Positions 11,977-25,445 are shown, counted from the stretch's first letter. The stretch is DNA of 64,000 nt from Isurus oxyrinchus (GCA_026770705.1 JANJGN010000011.1:78244001-78308000); one strand, 5' to 3'. Made by a program: numbers and translations. The notes: generated from the sequence alone by a model not told the origin.

Positions 11977-12782
11977 CCCTAGCCCCAGATTTCAGCAGTT
12001 CTCTACCTCCCTCCCCAACACCCCTCTCTCTTTCTCTCTCTTCCCTTCTCTCTCCCCTCCCACCACCACCCCCCACACCCCTCTTACTCCCCTCCTCCAC
12101 TGCCCTTATTCCCTTAATCCTCCCCTCTTTCCCCCTCTTCCCCCTCCTCTTTCTTCCCCCTCAAACGTTTGGAGGGGGAGGAGGTGGAGAGAGTTCTGGG
12201 GGGGGGGGTGAGAGAGTTTGGCAGGGAGGCCAGGGTTGTCCAATGAGCTCATGGTGGGTTCCAGAGAACTGGTGGAGAGAGTGTTTGGGAAGGCCTATAG
12301 TTCAGCGGCATCAGTAGGCCCTGGAACATTGGTGAAGTCTGCAGGATCAGCAAGTTCTAGAATTCGGCAGCATCAGCAATGCCCAAAGCCTAGAGTCTGA
12401 AGGGAGAGAGAGATGGAGGGGTGAGAGTTTGGACACTGGAGGGATAGAAGGGGAGAGTTTGGAGACTGGAGTGAGAGGGGAGAGTTTGGAAACTGGAGGG
12501 AGAGAAGGGGAGAGTTTGGAGACTGGAGTGAGAGGGGAGAGTTTGGAAACTGGAGGGAGAGGGACGGAAGAGTTTGCAGGTTGCTGAGCGTATTTGATAG
12601 CTTTGAACACACTGGGAAGTTTTATGTGCACTGGATATAGCTTATAGTGCACTGGATAGCTTGAGCGCACTGTCAAATTTGACGTCAAATTCATTCCAAA
12701 TTAGAACTTTTGATGTCAAATTGTAACTGAACTCATTGAGCACGCTTGAATGCAAAAATTATGTTAAAATTTTCGGGTAGGG
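11977..12782. mobile_element. Unclassified putative DNA element with imperfect CCCTA...TAGGG termini
   Basis: The left end CCCTAGCCCCAGATTT partially inverts the right end AAAATTTTCGGGTAGGG. It contains internal palindromes and a minisatellite. Confidence 0.35.
12423..12576. repeat. Minisatellite of alternating 30-bp and 27-bp units (57-bp period)
   Basis: GAGAGTTTGGA(C/A)ACTGGAGGGA(T/G)AGAAGGG alternates with GAGAGTTTGGAGACTGGAGTGAGAGGG, about 5 units. Confidence 0.9.
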
Positions 12783-12930
12783 CTGTCTTTGGTATGTCTT
12801 TGGAAAATGGCAACCTTTTTTATAATCTGAATTCTCATGGATTGAAGATAATCTGATCCAACCTCTGTACACTTCTTCCTGAGCTATGGACTTTCAAATG
12901 TTCTGAGAGCTCTAGTTTTTGGGTGAAGCA

Positions 12931-15320
12931 TGGTCAGAATTTTCCGGCCTCATTAGTGTTGGGTGTTATGGCGGGCAGAGGAAGACAATATGGCCAGAAG
13001 ACCAAAAATGAGTTTTATGCTGTCATGAAATCAGATTGCAATCATCTGCTCCACCTGCCAATGGAGGGCCGCGTTTCCCAATGCCGCACATTGGGAACAT
13101 CATTTGAATATATTTGCACCTAATTATAAGCCCTGTTCGGCGGAATCATCTCCCACGTCAAATTTACCGCCTGCGTCAGCGTGACTTCACAATGGTGTGC
13201 TTCACAACTGCGTTTAAAAGGTGTGCACCTGGTGTCCTGAACTTCAAGGGGAACTCGGGGGTGAGTGCACACAACCTTGCGCAGCGCTCACAAGCATCAC
13301 CTGAAGGACATCAACGAAGAGGCGCTGAGCATTTGTGGGAGGCTCAGGCAAGTTGCTTTTTCCCAACTGGCTTTCAATGTGGTGCCGGGGCAAGGGCTCC
13401 AGTGTGGGTCAGGCTGCGGGTGGGGGGCAGGAGTGGCAAGATAGCGCAGACTGAAGGAAATACTTAAGCATATGCCAGGGCGGTGGGGTGAGAGGGGATG
13501 AGGGAAGCTCACTTGGAAAAGCTTGTCAAAAGTGAGCATTCTTCTGCAGCTGAGACCGTTCAGTTGCAGCTCCATTGATATGCTTGGAGTTGGGACTCTG
13601 AAGCTCTTCTGCCCACTCAAGAAACACAAAAGCATGAAACTGCCACCAAATGCTCCAGAACTTTTCACACCTCGAGTGCAGGCTGCAAATTAATGTGCGT
13701 TTTATGGGGCAGCGGAACAATTGGCCAATATCTTGCAAGATGTGACCATGGCTCAGTGATTGGCAGAGGTACTCACAGCCCCTTGCAATGTCTTTATTAA
13801 GGTTTGGACAGTATCCACTATGGCTCAAGCTAACAGCACAGCCTTGCAGTGTGGCTTAGGAGAATGTCTGCGCCTGAGCTGACATCACAACATGCAGTCC
13901 AATGACCGAAGCCGCCACCAATTGGTCAAGTGGAGTGAGGCGGAGGTGGGTGGGGTTTCGGACAGCCAATGAGCACACTACACACTGGCCATCCAAGTGG
14001 TGTGTGTGAAGAGGCCTTCAGACTTAACCATGAGAGGTTCTTAGTACACCCATGCTAACCCACGCATCTCTCTCTATGATCTGGAGGGGAACATCAGGAT
14101 TATAGAGCCTGGTCATTAAGCGATATGCTTCATGGGTTACAGACACCAGGGAAGAAGAATAGAGTGGCAGAGGCACCTGGTTCGGCAAAAGGAGGAGCAC
14201 CTCCCTCAGGATGAAGGGGCTGCAGGGCCTGCTGCACACAGGGCTGAAGATCCACAGTGAGCCATCACTCATAGCACCTCGCTAGGCCCAGGGTCTATAG
14301 ACCGTGCCTGACATTCCTGAAGATGACCAAAAATGAGTGTCGCCGAAGATCACGCATGTCTAGGGACCTGGTTGATCACATATGGCACATGCTGCAGGAT
14401 TTGATGCCACAGGGACGTGGAGGGCATCTACTGCCAGTTGCCGTGAAAGTGACCGCAGTGCTCAATTTTTATGTCAGCTTTCCAAAGTCTGTATGGACCA
14501 TGATGTCAGGCATTCTTCCACCAGTCTGCAACCTCTCCCTTTTGATGTGTGCCAGCTTGTCCCGCATGAATACAGGTGGAGAGAGTGTAAACAGGGCCCC
14601 TGCCAGGCCATTTGATAAGGATGTCTGGCGTGTGTGGGTGGTGAGTGGTGATCATGAATGGGATGAGGACACAATCCACAGGGCAGATGAAGGTATGTGT
14701 GAGAGAGTGAATGGTGATGTCCCTTGAGCTGGCAATGAGTGAGATCCCTGTGGATATGTGATAGGTTTGTGAGTGTGAGAGTTGAGAGTGATGAGAAGTT
14801 TGAATTACCCTAGAGGAACGGAGGAGACCATTCATCCTCTTTCGACACTGGGAGGCTGTCCTCTTTTGCAGGACATTGGTGTTGACCATCGCTGCCACCG
14901 TGCTGGCTCCCATGTTGGACTGGTGACCTTGCTTGCTGGTCTTCATCCAGACCAGGGTAGAAAACTTCACAGTGGGCCTCAACAGCATCCAGTAGGCACC
15001 CAAGGGAGGTGTCACTAAATTTGGGGGCAGCATGTTTCCTCCCTTTGGCAGCTATGATTTTGCAGCAACTTCCAGTTGCCTTAGAGAGCACTAGCACTGT
15101 GAATATGGTTCCCGGATTACTGAAAGCCTGAGGTGATGGCGGGGTAGGTGAATCAGAGGCTGCCCCACCAGTGACCCAGCATGTTTCCTGGGAATGCATT
15201 AGAAATAAGGTGAGATGCATCAGGAATTGGACGATATGGTGCAAAAAGCCGCCATTGCGACTGATGGTTAAAATGTCCTTTTTCCCACCAGTCACTGCAC
15301 TTTGTGCAAACCTGGGATGA
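12931..15320. mobile_element. Internally deleted Harbinger with convergent transposase (+) and Myb/SANT (-) remnants
   Basis: TIR TGGTCAGAATTTTCC. Plus strand 14290-14480 gives RVYRPCLTFLKMTKNECRRRSRMSRD...LPVAVKVTAVLNFY. Minus strand 14805-15060 gives AAPKFSDTSLGCLLDAVEAH...RTASQCRKRMNGLLRS, then a GT donor. Confidence 0.85.
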
Positions 15321-15411
15321 CCTGTCTTTATATTGTTTTGCTGTATTTTTTTTGCACTGTCCCAACCCAGGACTTAATGGTCAAGGAAGCTGCATTCATA
15401 ATTTAACCAAG

Positions 15412-15752
15412 CATCTTCATCCTTTCATGGGATGTGGGCATCACTGGCAAGGCCAGCATTTGTTGCCCATCCCTGATTGCCCTTGAACTGAGGGCAGTTA
15501 AGTGTCAACCGCATTGCTGTGGGTTTGGAGGCCACACCAGGTAAGGATAGCAGACTTCCCCTAAAGTGAACCAAATAGATCTATACAACAATCAATGCTA
15601 GTTATCATGGTAACCATTACTTTATAATCCAGATTTAGTAATTGAATTTAAATTCCACCAATTGCCATGGTTGGATTTGAAACTATGTCTCCAGAGATAT
15701 TTGCTGGGCCTCTGAGTTACTATTCAACTGACGTTACCACTACGCCACTATC
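15412..15752 (-). mobile_element. tRNA-headed SINE sharing its 5' head and 3' tail with the LINE at 30700-33876
   Basis: The reverse complement starts GTGGCGTAGTGGTAACGTC...GTTTCAAATCC and ends TCAGGGATGGGCAACAAATGCTGGCCTTGCCAG...CACATCCCATGAA. Confidence 0.8.
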
Positions 15753-16131
15753 ATCCTCTGAAAGTTAAGTATGTGAAAGTGCATGTTGCCACAGCAACTC
15801 AGACTCCCTGAGTGAATTGTAACACACAATCAATGTAAGAGAAGGGAGTGCCTGGCATCTTGTTAGGGGACCTCCTTGGTTTGCAGGAGGAATGGAAGAA
15901 GGCAATGAAGCCAGTCAGAAGAGCTCCAGCTGATTGAGTGGGAGTCCTGACACTGTCCAGTCAAATGCCTAATTGGACTTGAATAGTGTCTGTCCTCCAA
16001 ACAGTAGGCAGAATCGCCAGTTGCACAAACTAAAGTCCGCCCAAAGTTTCTGTTGACCTTCTACTAATTGGGAGAGCCCCCTGCCAACCCAGGGAATTCC
16101 TGGTGAAAATAAATTGCTGTTGGTGGATTAG

Positions 16132-17640
16132 AAATATAGAAACTAGGAGCAGGAGTAGGCCATTTGGCCCTTCGAGCCTACTCTGCCATTCATTATGATC
16201 ATGGCTGATCATCTAACTCAATAGCCTGCCCCACTTTCTCCCTATACCCTTTGATCCCTTTCACCCCAAAAGCTATATCTAACCCCTTCTTGAAAACATA
16301 CAATGTTTTGGTCTCAACTACTTTCTGTGGTAGCGAATTCCACAGGCTCACCACTCTCTGGGTGAAAAAATTTCTCCTCGTCTCAGTCCTAAATGGTCCA
16401 CCCCACATCCTCAGACTGTGACCCCTGGTTCTGGACTCTCCCACCATCAGGAACATCCTTTCTGCATCTACCCTGTCTAGTCCTGTTAGAATTTTATAGG
16501 TTTTTATGAGATCCTCCCTCATTCTTCTGAGCTCCAGCGAATATAATCCTAATCGACTCAATCTCTCCTCATATGTCAGTCGTGCCATCTCAGTAATCAG
16601 TCAGGTTAATCTTCACTAGCACTCCCTCTATAGCAAGTACATCCTTCCTCAGATAAGGAGACCAAAACTGCACACAACATTCCAGGTGTGGTCTCACCAA
16701 GGCCCTGTACAATTGCAGCAAGACATCCCTGTTCCTGTACTCGAATCCTCTGGCTTTGAAGGCCAACGTACCATTTGCCTTCTTTACCGCCTGCTGCACC
16801 TGCATGCTTACCTTCAGCGACTGGCATACAAGGACATCCAGGTCTCATTGCACATTCCCCTCTCTCAATTTATAGCCATTCAGATAATCTGCCTTCCTGA
16901 TTTTGCTACCAAAATGGATAACCTCACATTTATCCACATTATACTGCATCTGTCATGCATTTGCCCACTCACTCAGCTTGTCCAAATCACACTGAAGCAT
17001 CTCTGCATCCTCCTCACAGCTCACCCTCCCACCCAGCTTTGTGTCATCTGCAAACTTAGAGATATTACATTTAATTCCTTCATTTAAATCATTAATATAT
17101 ATTGTGAATAACTGGGATCCCTGCACCGATTCCTGTGGTATCCCACTAGTCACTGCCTGCCATTCAGAAAAAGACCTGTTTATTCCTACTCTTTGTTTCC
17201 TGTCTGCCAACCAGTTTTCTATCCATCTCAATACACTAACCCCAATCCCATGCACTTTAATTTTATACACCAATCTCTTATGTGGGACTTTGTCAAAAGC
17301 CTTCTGAAAGTCCAAATAAACCACATCCACTGGCTCCCCCTCTAACTCTACTAGTTACATCATCGAAAAATTCCAGTAGATTTGTCAAGCATGATTTCCC
17401 TTTCATAAATTCATGCTGTCTTGTCCAATTCTGCCGCTGTTTTCCAAATGCTTAGCTATTAAGTCTTTTATAATGGACTCTAGAATTTTCCCCATTACCG
17501 ACGTCAGGCTGACTGGTCTATAATTCCCTGTTTTCTCTCTGCCTCCCTTTTTAAATAGTGGGGTTACATTAGCTCCCCTCCAACCTGTAGGAACTGTTCG
17601 AGTCTATAGAATCTCGGAAGATGACCACCAATGCATCCAT
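16132..17640 (-). mobile_element. CR1 LINE, 5'-truncated (RT domain to 3' tail)
   Basis: DVVYLDFQKAFDKVPH, GIPQESVQG, SKFADDTKLGG and LVRPHLECCVQFWSP. The tail starts at TAGAAACTAGGAGCAGGAGTAGGCC. Confidence 0.95.
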
Positions 17641-18289
17641 TTAACGGAAGTAAAATGATCTTTCGATTCAGCTGCTGAACAAGCCACTTGAGCTTCACTC
17701 TTGTGGTTCATGAAATAATCTGAACCTCTCAATTCAATTACTGCTATAGATGCATTGCCATTCATCCGGTACCTTCTAGATTTTTCATCTGTTTTTATCA
17801 AACTCATTCCCAAAGGATCTTTCAGTCAGTAGCCATTAGTAGGAAATGGAAGATAAACTGCTCTCTGCTTGATTCTGGTAGCACTTGGCAATATTTTATC
17901 TATTTGATCTTTATGCCAATGAGATTCAACCATGGTTTATAGTGAGGAGCAAATTATAGGAAAAATTGGACAAACCCTGTAGGAGGAAGGGGACAGAGAT
18001 TATTAGAAAATGAGTTCAAAGCTGTAACCCTATAAATTGGCATTTGCCCTGAGTGAGCACCACAAGCAAAATAGAATTTCAGAGATTAACACCAGAAATG
18101 CTCTTCAGCCTTGCCTATTTTTAATGTAATACTTTGTTATCTAGTAGCAATTCGATACTTGTGTTTAATTATATAATTAGGAAAATCAATTTTAATTACA
18201 GGCAAAATACACATTCAGAAAATTGAGTCAGATAAGAAAGTTCCAGAAGATCAAAATCTGGCATTTTTGAATAGATCTCTTGCTCTAAA

Positions 18290-21200
18290 TAGGAACATAA
18301 CAACAGGAGTAGGCCATTCAGCACATCGAGCCTGCTCCACCATTCAATACAACCATGGCTGATCATCCATTTCAATGCCTTTTTCTCACATTGACCCCAT
18401 ATCCCTTTATGTCACTGGTATTTAGAAATTTTCAATCTCCACTTAAAAGGTAATCAATGATTGAGCTTCCATAGCCCTTTGGGGTAGAGAATTCCAAAGA
18501 TTCACAACCCTTTGAGTAAAAAAAAATTTTCCTCTTCTCCATCCTAAAGTGGCTGACCCCTTATTTTGAAATTGTACACCTGGTTCCAGACTCACTAACC
18601 AGGGGAAACATCCTCCCTTCAATCACCCTGTCTATTCTTTTATAGGTTTCAATGAAATCACCCATCATTCTTCGAAACTCTGGAGAATATGGCCCAGTAG
18701 TTTCCCTAATCTCTCTCCATAAGGCATCCCGGGGACAAGTCTGGTAAACCTTCCTAGCGTTCCCTCAATGGCAATAATATCGTTCCTAAGGTAAGGGGAC
18801 CAAATCAGCACACAGTACTCCACGTGCAATCTAACCAAGGTTTTACACAATTGAAGCAAGACTTTGCTACTGCTGCACTCAAATCCTCTTGTAACAAAGA
18901 CTAACATACTATTAGCCTTCTTAATTGTTTGCTAGACCTGAATGTTAGCTTTCAGTGACATATTGATGAGGACACCAAGGTCCCTTTGTACATCTACACT
19001 TTCTAATCTCTTACCATTTAAGAAAATCTCTGCACATCTGTTCCTCCCACCAAAGTGGATAACCTTACATTTTCCACATTATATTCCATCTGCCATGTCC
19101 TTGCCCACTCATTGTGCCCAAATCCCCTTGAAGCCACTTTGCATCTTCCTCACAATATAAATTCCCACCTAGCTTTATGCTCTAGAAAACCATCCCAAAC
19201 ACACTCCAGGAACTCATTCTCCACAGCATTAGTACTCATTAAGTTTACCCAGTTTATATGCAGATTGAAGTCACCTATGATAACTGTATTATCTATGTTA
19301 CATGCTTCTCTAATCTCCTGATTAATACCATACCCCACACTACCACAACCGTTTATGGCCTATAAACAACTCCTATCAATGTTTGCTGCCGCTTGTTATT
19401 TCTTAGCTCCACCCAAGTAGATTCCACATTTTGTTCTTCTGATCTGAGATCCTTCCTTACTAATGTACTAATTCCATTCCTTATTATCAGCACAACACTA
19501 CTTCCTTTTCCTTTTTCCTGTCCTTTCTAAATGTTGAGTATCCTCAAATATTCAGCTCCAAGTCTTGGTCACCCTGCAGCCGTGTTTCCATATGGCAATT
19601 AGATCATACCCATTAATTTCTATTTGTGCCTTTAAATCATCTTGTTGTAAATGGTGTGCATTCAGGCTGAGTGCCCTTAACTTTTCCTTTTTAACTTTAT
19701 TCTACATTCTAAGCCTAGCTGATGCTCATCTTTGTTTTTGCCTGCCTTCTAATTTCACTTGCTACTTTTCCACTTCCGGTTACTAGCTTACTCCCCGCAA
19801 ATTTGCACTACCACTCAGGTTCTCATCCCCCTGACAAGCTAATTTAAACCCTCCCCAATTGCGCTAGCAAATCCTGGTCCTGTTATGGTGTAACCTGTCC
19901 ATCTTGTATAGGTTCCACCTGCCCGAGAACTGGTCCCAATGCCTCAGAAATCTGATGCCCTCCCTCCTACACCAATTTTCCAGCCATGCGTTCAATCACT
20001 CAGTCCTTCTATTCCTATTGATCGGTTTCTATGACATGGAAAGAAACCCACCGATATATATTTAAAAACAATTTCCTTATTGCTATCTATTTTTAGAACT
20101 GGTCTTTTTTCTGCTGAACAAAGAAAATTAAGATAGTTGCAACAAGTCACCTTACCACAAAAGTTGACCCTCTGTCTGTGAGCGATCACCAGAAGTTTCA
20201 AGGACAAAATAATTATTTTCTCTGTTTCTGGAATATCACACCTTGTTGGGCCAAGAGAGCGACTAACAGACTCACACCATGCCTGGGACTGTTCAATCTA
20301 ATTGCAAAGAGAACTACAGAGATGTCATTTGCATTTGGTAAGCCAACCTTGCAAGTAGAGTCAGTGGGTCTGCTAAGACAATGGCCTCCCAAACAGTAGA
20401 CACTCAACATAAATGGCACCCCTTTCAAGGACTAATGACTGAGACATTAATAGTCCTGAAACAAAACCCAAATCCAGACACTGGGTAAACAGCCCTTTTG
20501 AAGTCATTGTGGAGAAGGAAGATCACATGACCCAAGCCTCTGGCCTACTGGACAGTTTAATATTACATATTTGGTTTCCATAGCCAATCTGCTGTTTAAC
20601 ATCTCCCTGGTAAGACACATAGAAGCAGGCTCCTCCAGGCAGAACAAACTACCCATTGAACCTGACTCTGTAGGAAATTTTGTTCCATCGCCTACAAAAC
20701 CAATGCAATCTCTGCGTGCCTACCTCACCTTGCGACATCAGCACCAACAGAAAAGTGAATCCTACAATGCCGCCTTTCAGCTGACCAAACTCAAATGCTT
20801 ACATAAAAGAATTCCTCATTAGGTTCTGACTTTGGACTCAGAAACTCACGTGAACCAATATTGATTTTTCTGTGGTCCTTGTACTGTAAAACTCATTTTG
20901 TCTATCCCTACCTTTACAGTCTGAATGCAGGGTTGGATGTTGTGGATACTCCTTTTGCAATTTTGAATGTGTAAAATAAGTTTTGAGTTGAAGAGTTTGA
21001 AATCTGAGTTAAACCTAGCTCAAGTTTGCTGTGGATTATTTGTGCCTTTAAGATTCTGTGATTCTATTAGTAAAATTGGGTCACAAAAATCGAGGGGCTG
21101 GGAAAACACACCATCGCCTATTCTTTAAAAAAACAATTCGTAATATCTTCCGCTTACAGACAGGTGGTAACAGGAAATCAGTGCAGTTTGAACTGTCTCT

Positions 21201-22180
21201 TCTGTCCGTAACATTCTGCTCACAAGCACAAGACACTGGGAGTAAGCCTGAGATTACCGCTTTTGAGGGCCTGCTTTTTAATTTCATTCCTAACTCCCTA
21301 ACATCTGCTTTCAGGATCTTATCCCTCTTCTTACATATGTCATTGGTACCAATGTGGACCACAACCTCTGGCATCTCCCAGAAGGATGCCTGGCAGCTGC
21401 TCCATGACATCCTTGGCCTTGGCACCAGGAGGCAACTCACCGTCCTAGAGTCATGTTTACAGCTGCAGAAACACCTATCTGATCCCTTGACTATCGCATT
21501 CCCATCACTATTGCTCTTCCACTCTTCTTCCTACCCAAATGTGCAGCTGAGCCACCCACAGTGCCATGGACTTGGTTCTGGTTGCGCTCCCCTGAGGAAA
21601 CATCACCCTCACCAGTATCCAAAATGGAAAACTGATTAACAGGCATGATAGACTCAGGGGACTCCTGTACTACCTGCCTGGTTCTTGTAGACTGCCTGGC
21701 AGTCACCCATTCCCTCTCTACTTGCACACCCCTACCCTCCGGTGTGACCACATCCCTAATTTTGCTATCCACATAGTTCTCTGCCTCATTGATACACCAC
21801 AGTGATTCCAGCCACTGCTTGAGCTCTGAAACCCAGGGACGCTTCCCACTGGTGTGTTCATTTAGGCCACATGGCGCATCGCATGACCTCCCACATACCA
21901 CAGGATGCACGTTCCACTCAGCTGAGTTGATCTGCCATACCATAACTTTAAAAACTATTTATTACAATTAGAACAGGTAGAATAACTTACCAGTTACTCA
22001 CCAATCAGCTTCTTCCCCTGTACTGAAGTAAGAGCCTATCATTGGAATCTGTAAAAGGTTGAAAAAAATTAACACCTCCCTCACCGAACTCTCTCACTCA
22101 CCAAACTCCCAGCTTGACAATCTGTGCACTTAAAGCAGCACTCAGTCAGACCAACAGCACTGACAAACCCCTGCTTTTAA
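18290..22180 (-). mobile_element. Near full-span CR1 LINE (ORF1 esterase, endonuclease, RT C-terminus) with an internal deletion and a nested solo LTR
   Basis: ORF1 zinc-finger/zipper and SGNH esterase motifs (AIVMGD, VVVHIGTNDI) at 21220-21900. APE motif VIIGDFNLHINW at about 19270. ORF2 C-terminus and tail at 18290-19170. Confidence 0.9.
20016..21213 (+). mobile_element. Solo LTR (about 1.2 kb) inserted in CR1 ORF1
   Basis: Ends TCCGTAACA and starts with degenerate TATTGATCGG. Flanks TTCC (20012-20015) and TTCT (21214-21217) fit a 4-bp TSD. CR1 sequence resumes on both sides. Confidence 0.7.
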
Positions 22181-22483
22181 ATTATCGGACTCAGGAACTC
22201 TTAGTGTAGACCCATACTTCATTTGTATTCACTTGCAAATTCTTATACCCGCCACTTATAGATATAGCACAAATTCCTCATGGAGATTGATTTTACCTCT
22301 CACTTACCAGTATATACCATCAGTATGGACTGCTCTGATAAAAGACTGTTCTGTGTTTTGAAAATGCACGGCCTTCGCACTCATCAGAACAACTGAATAA
22401 GTAGAGTAATCCTTTCAACAGAGATTTTTTCTGGAACCTGCTTTCAAGAGAGATTTTATTTATGTGGGAATCAAAAGCACCAT

Positions 22484-25085
22484 GGGCTGGAAATTTGATG
22501 GCCTCATTTTTTGGATGTGGGAATTGTACTTTGAACTTGCTGCCTGCATCAATCCCAAATCAGGTGGGCAGCACATAAAATTGGTGCACCACCCCATATC
22601 CATGATTGTAGTATAGCCTTGAGTGAATCCCATGCTAAATGCTCTCTGTAGCATTGCCGATGGCCTCTGCACAGCTCTGCATAAAGCGCTTGCTGCAGCT
22701 GGCTTTCTCTTTTTTAAGGCATAGTGACCATGAAAGGGATGTTACAATAATGTACTGCAAGCTGCTGGATAATCACTATAGAACACACAGGGTCAAGGAA
22801 GTTGTCCAGCCACAGAGTTCCCTGCTTCAGTGATATCACCTGGAGTTAGGGGGGTGGGGTTGGGGGGGCGCAAGGAAGGCTTCGAGGCAGATCCTAAGAA
22901 GGGAGGATCAATTAATGCCCAGCGTGTTGCCCTCCAGGACATTGTAGCAGTGCAGAAAGAAATTCAATGACCTCACTCGGGTAGTCAAGGTGAGTGAATG
23001 CATCTGCACATGATATCTCCATGGCATCACGCAACTCACACTGCTCAATGCACCACATCTCCATCGCTCACAAAGCAGCACACCCTGGCACTCACAACTC
23101 AGCCCTAAGATCCTTACACTACACCACACCAACACAAACTTTCAAATCTTAACAGCCAGACACACAGCACGGACATATTTGGTGGCATGAGACAATATGG
23201 CGAGAAGTCCAAAAATCAGTTTAATGATGTGAAACCAGTTTGCAATCATTCACTCTGCCTGTCAATGGTGGGCCACATTTCCCACTGCCACAAATCAGGA
23301 ATTACATTGCAATAAACCTGCGCATCATTATAAACCCAGCTCACCAGAATCATCGCTGAATCATCCAGCACAACTGTATATAAGCAACGTGCACCTGGTG
23401 AGCTACACTTCACTCGGGACTTCGAGGTTTGTTTGTCTACCTTGCTTCATGGTCATCAGCGCCAGGCTTTGCAGACAGCACAACATTACTTTCAGGATGG
23501 CTCACAGGTAGGTCTCTGCCTACTAGAGCATCCATAGGGCCGGGATGGCTTTTCAATGGCTGTAGGGCAAGGGCTTGCTTGGGGAAGGGGAGAAGTGGCC
23601 TCAGTCAAGGGAACAGGCTGCAGGGCGAGGGCTGTACTGGGGAAGGAGGGTATCCCAGGGTGTCTGTGGGGGCACATGTTGATCTGTGTAAGTGGCCTCA
23701 AGTGGCCTCAAGATGGTGAGGGTTGAGGAGGCAGTCTCCAGGGGGGATGAGGCCAGATGGAGATGTGAGAGTGTGTATGAGAGAATGGGTGGTGATGTCA
23801 CTTGAGCTGGCAGTGAGAGTGATGGCAGTGAATGTGTGATGGACTTGTGAGTGTGTGAGTTCAGAGTGATGAGATGGTTGCCTTACCCTGGTGGCACAGA
23901 TGAGATCATTCATCCTTTTTCTGCACTGGATGGTCAACTTCTCCTCAGAATCACAGAATCTTTATAGTGCAGAAGGAGGCCATTCGGCCCATCGAGTCAA
24001 CACTGGCTCACTGAAAGAGCATTCTACCTAACCACACCACTGCCTTATTCCTGTAACCTTGCACATTCTTTCTTTTCAAATATCAATCCAAATTCCTTTT
24101 GAATACCTCGATTGAACCTGCCTCCACCACCCTTTCAGAAAGTTCATTCCAGACTCCAAACATTGTCTGGGTGAAAAAATATTTCCTTGCATCACTTCTC
24201 CTTTTGCTCATTATTTTGAATCTGTGCCCTCTAGTTCTTGATGTATGCTTGAGAGGGAACTGTTTCTCACTAGTTACCCTGTCCATGCCCCTTAGGATCA
24301 TGAATACCTCTATCAAGTCTCCTTTCAGCCTTCTTTTCTCCAAGGAAAACAGACTCAACCTCTCTAATCTATCCTCATAACCACATTTGTTCATCCCTGG
24401 AATCATTCTTGTGAATCTCCTCTGTACTCTCTCCCTTGCCCACACATTCTTCTTCAAGTATGGCTCCCAGAACTGGATCCAGTACTGCGGATGAGGCCTG
24501 ACTAGTGTCTTACAAGCATAACATGAATTCCTTACACTTGTACTTAATACCCCTATTAATAAAACCTGGGACACCATATGCTTTTTTAACTGCTCTCAAC
24601 ATGCCCTGCCACCTTCAATGACTTCTGTGCAGCATTGACACTGATCACCACTGCCATCGCCTACCAAACTGGTGTGGTGAGATTGCTGGGCCTCCTGTGG
24701 CCAGAGCAGGTGTACAGGACATCACAGTGGGCTTCCATGGCATCCAAAAGGCACTCAAGGGATGTGTCACTGAACTGGGGTGCTGCAGTCTTCTTGTCTT
24801 TCAGGCTCATGTCTTCTGCGCAACTGTCCTGGGCTAGAAGCACCGAGAGCTGTGCACATGGCTGCACTTTAAGTATGACACACAGTGTGAGGAGGTGAGG
24901 AGACAGCATGATGGGTAAATGATCGCTTGCCCACCATCAAGATGGCATGTTTCCTGGGAATGTATGATTAATAAGGCAGGATTGGGACAAAACAGTGTGA
25001 AAAGCCGCCATTGCAGCCAGTGGGTAAAATGCTTTTTTACCTGCCTGCTACCACACATAGTGCAAATCTGAGACGATTCCATCCA
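22484..25085 (-). mobile_element. Harbinger non-autonomous element(s) with Myb/SANT exon 1, split by a CR1
   Basis: TIR GGGCTGGAAATTT. MSLKDKKTAAPQFSDTSLECLLDAMEAH (24661-24810) rejoins LTIQCRKRMNDLICATR|GTAAG (about 23886-23940). 23170-23520 is homologous to 12960-13330. Confidence 0.8.
23943..24620 (-). mobile_element. CR1 LINE 3' fragment
   Basis: LVRPHPQYWIQFWEP...RERVQRRFTRMIPG...TRGHRFKI, with a CAGAATCACAGAATC tail. ACTTCT is repeated at both junctions. Confidence 0.93.
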
Positions 25086-25402
25086 CAGTCTGCACACTTT
25101 CACAAACCTACAGCTATTCAGCCATGGCAGGCACAACACCCAACCATAGTACCACACAATCACTGACATCCTACACTTCCTATTGCAGAATGTGGTACAA
25201 AAAGTGGGAAAGTCAGAGGAATGGTGGAAGACCTGGATGCCTGCAACTACTCAGCACCCTGGAGGAGATGATCCAACAATTCATGGGGACTAGTGCCACA
25301 GAGCCAGCGACACCTGGCATCAAGGCAAATCAGAGTCAACTTTCCAACCAGTCAGAACCCTATTCTCCTGTGGTTTTAATTGTTTGAATTTTGGCATTCT
25401 TG

Positions 25403-25445
25403 TGTTTGTCCTGATGAGTGCAAGATGAAAAACTTTGATAACGGG
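25403..25445 (+). ncRNA. Degenerate minimal hammerhead ribozyme within a short (about 25373-25478) Penelope-type terminal fragment
   Basis: TTTGTC-CTGATGA-GTGCAAGAT-GAAA-AACTT-TGATAAC shows the CUGAUGA and GAAA core boxes, a short stem II and an imperfect stem I. Confidence 0.6.

Noticed and set aside
12347-12694. ORF with PVSKLSP repeats; superficially CRISPR-like periodicity
   Set aside because: A minisatellite with unit lengths divisible by three, no unique spacers, no cas genes, and a eukaryotic context.
17604-17813. Protein-like 69-aa ORF
   Set aside because: It runs into a CR1 boundary, lacks convincing splice sites, and has no recognisable homology.
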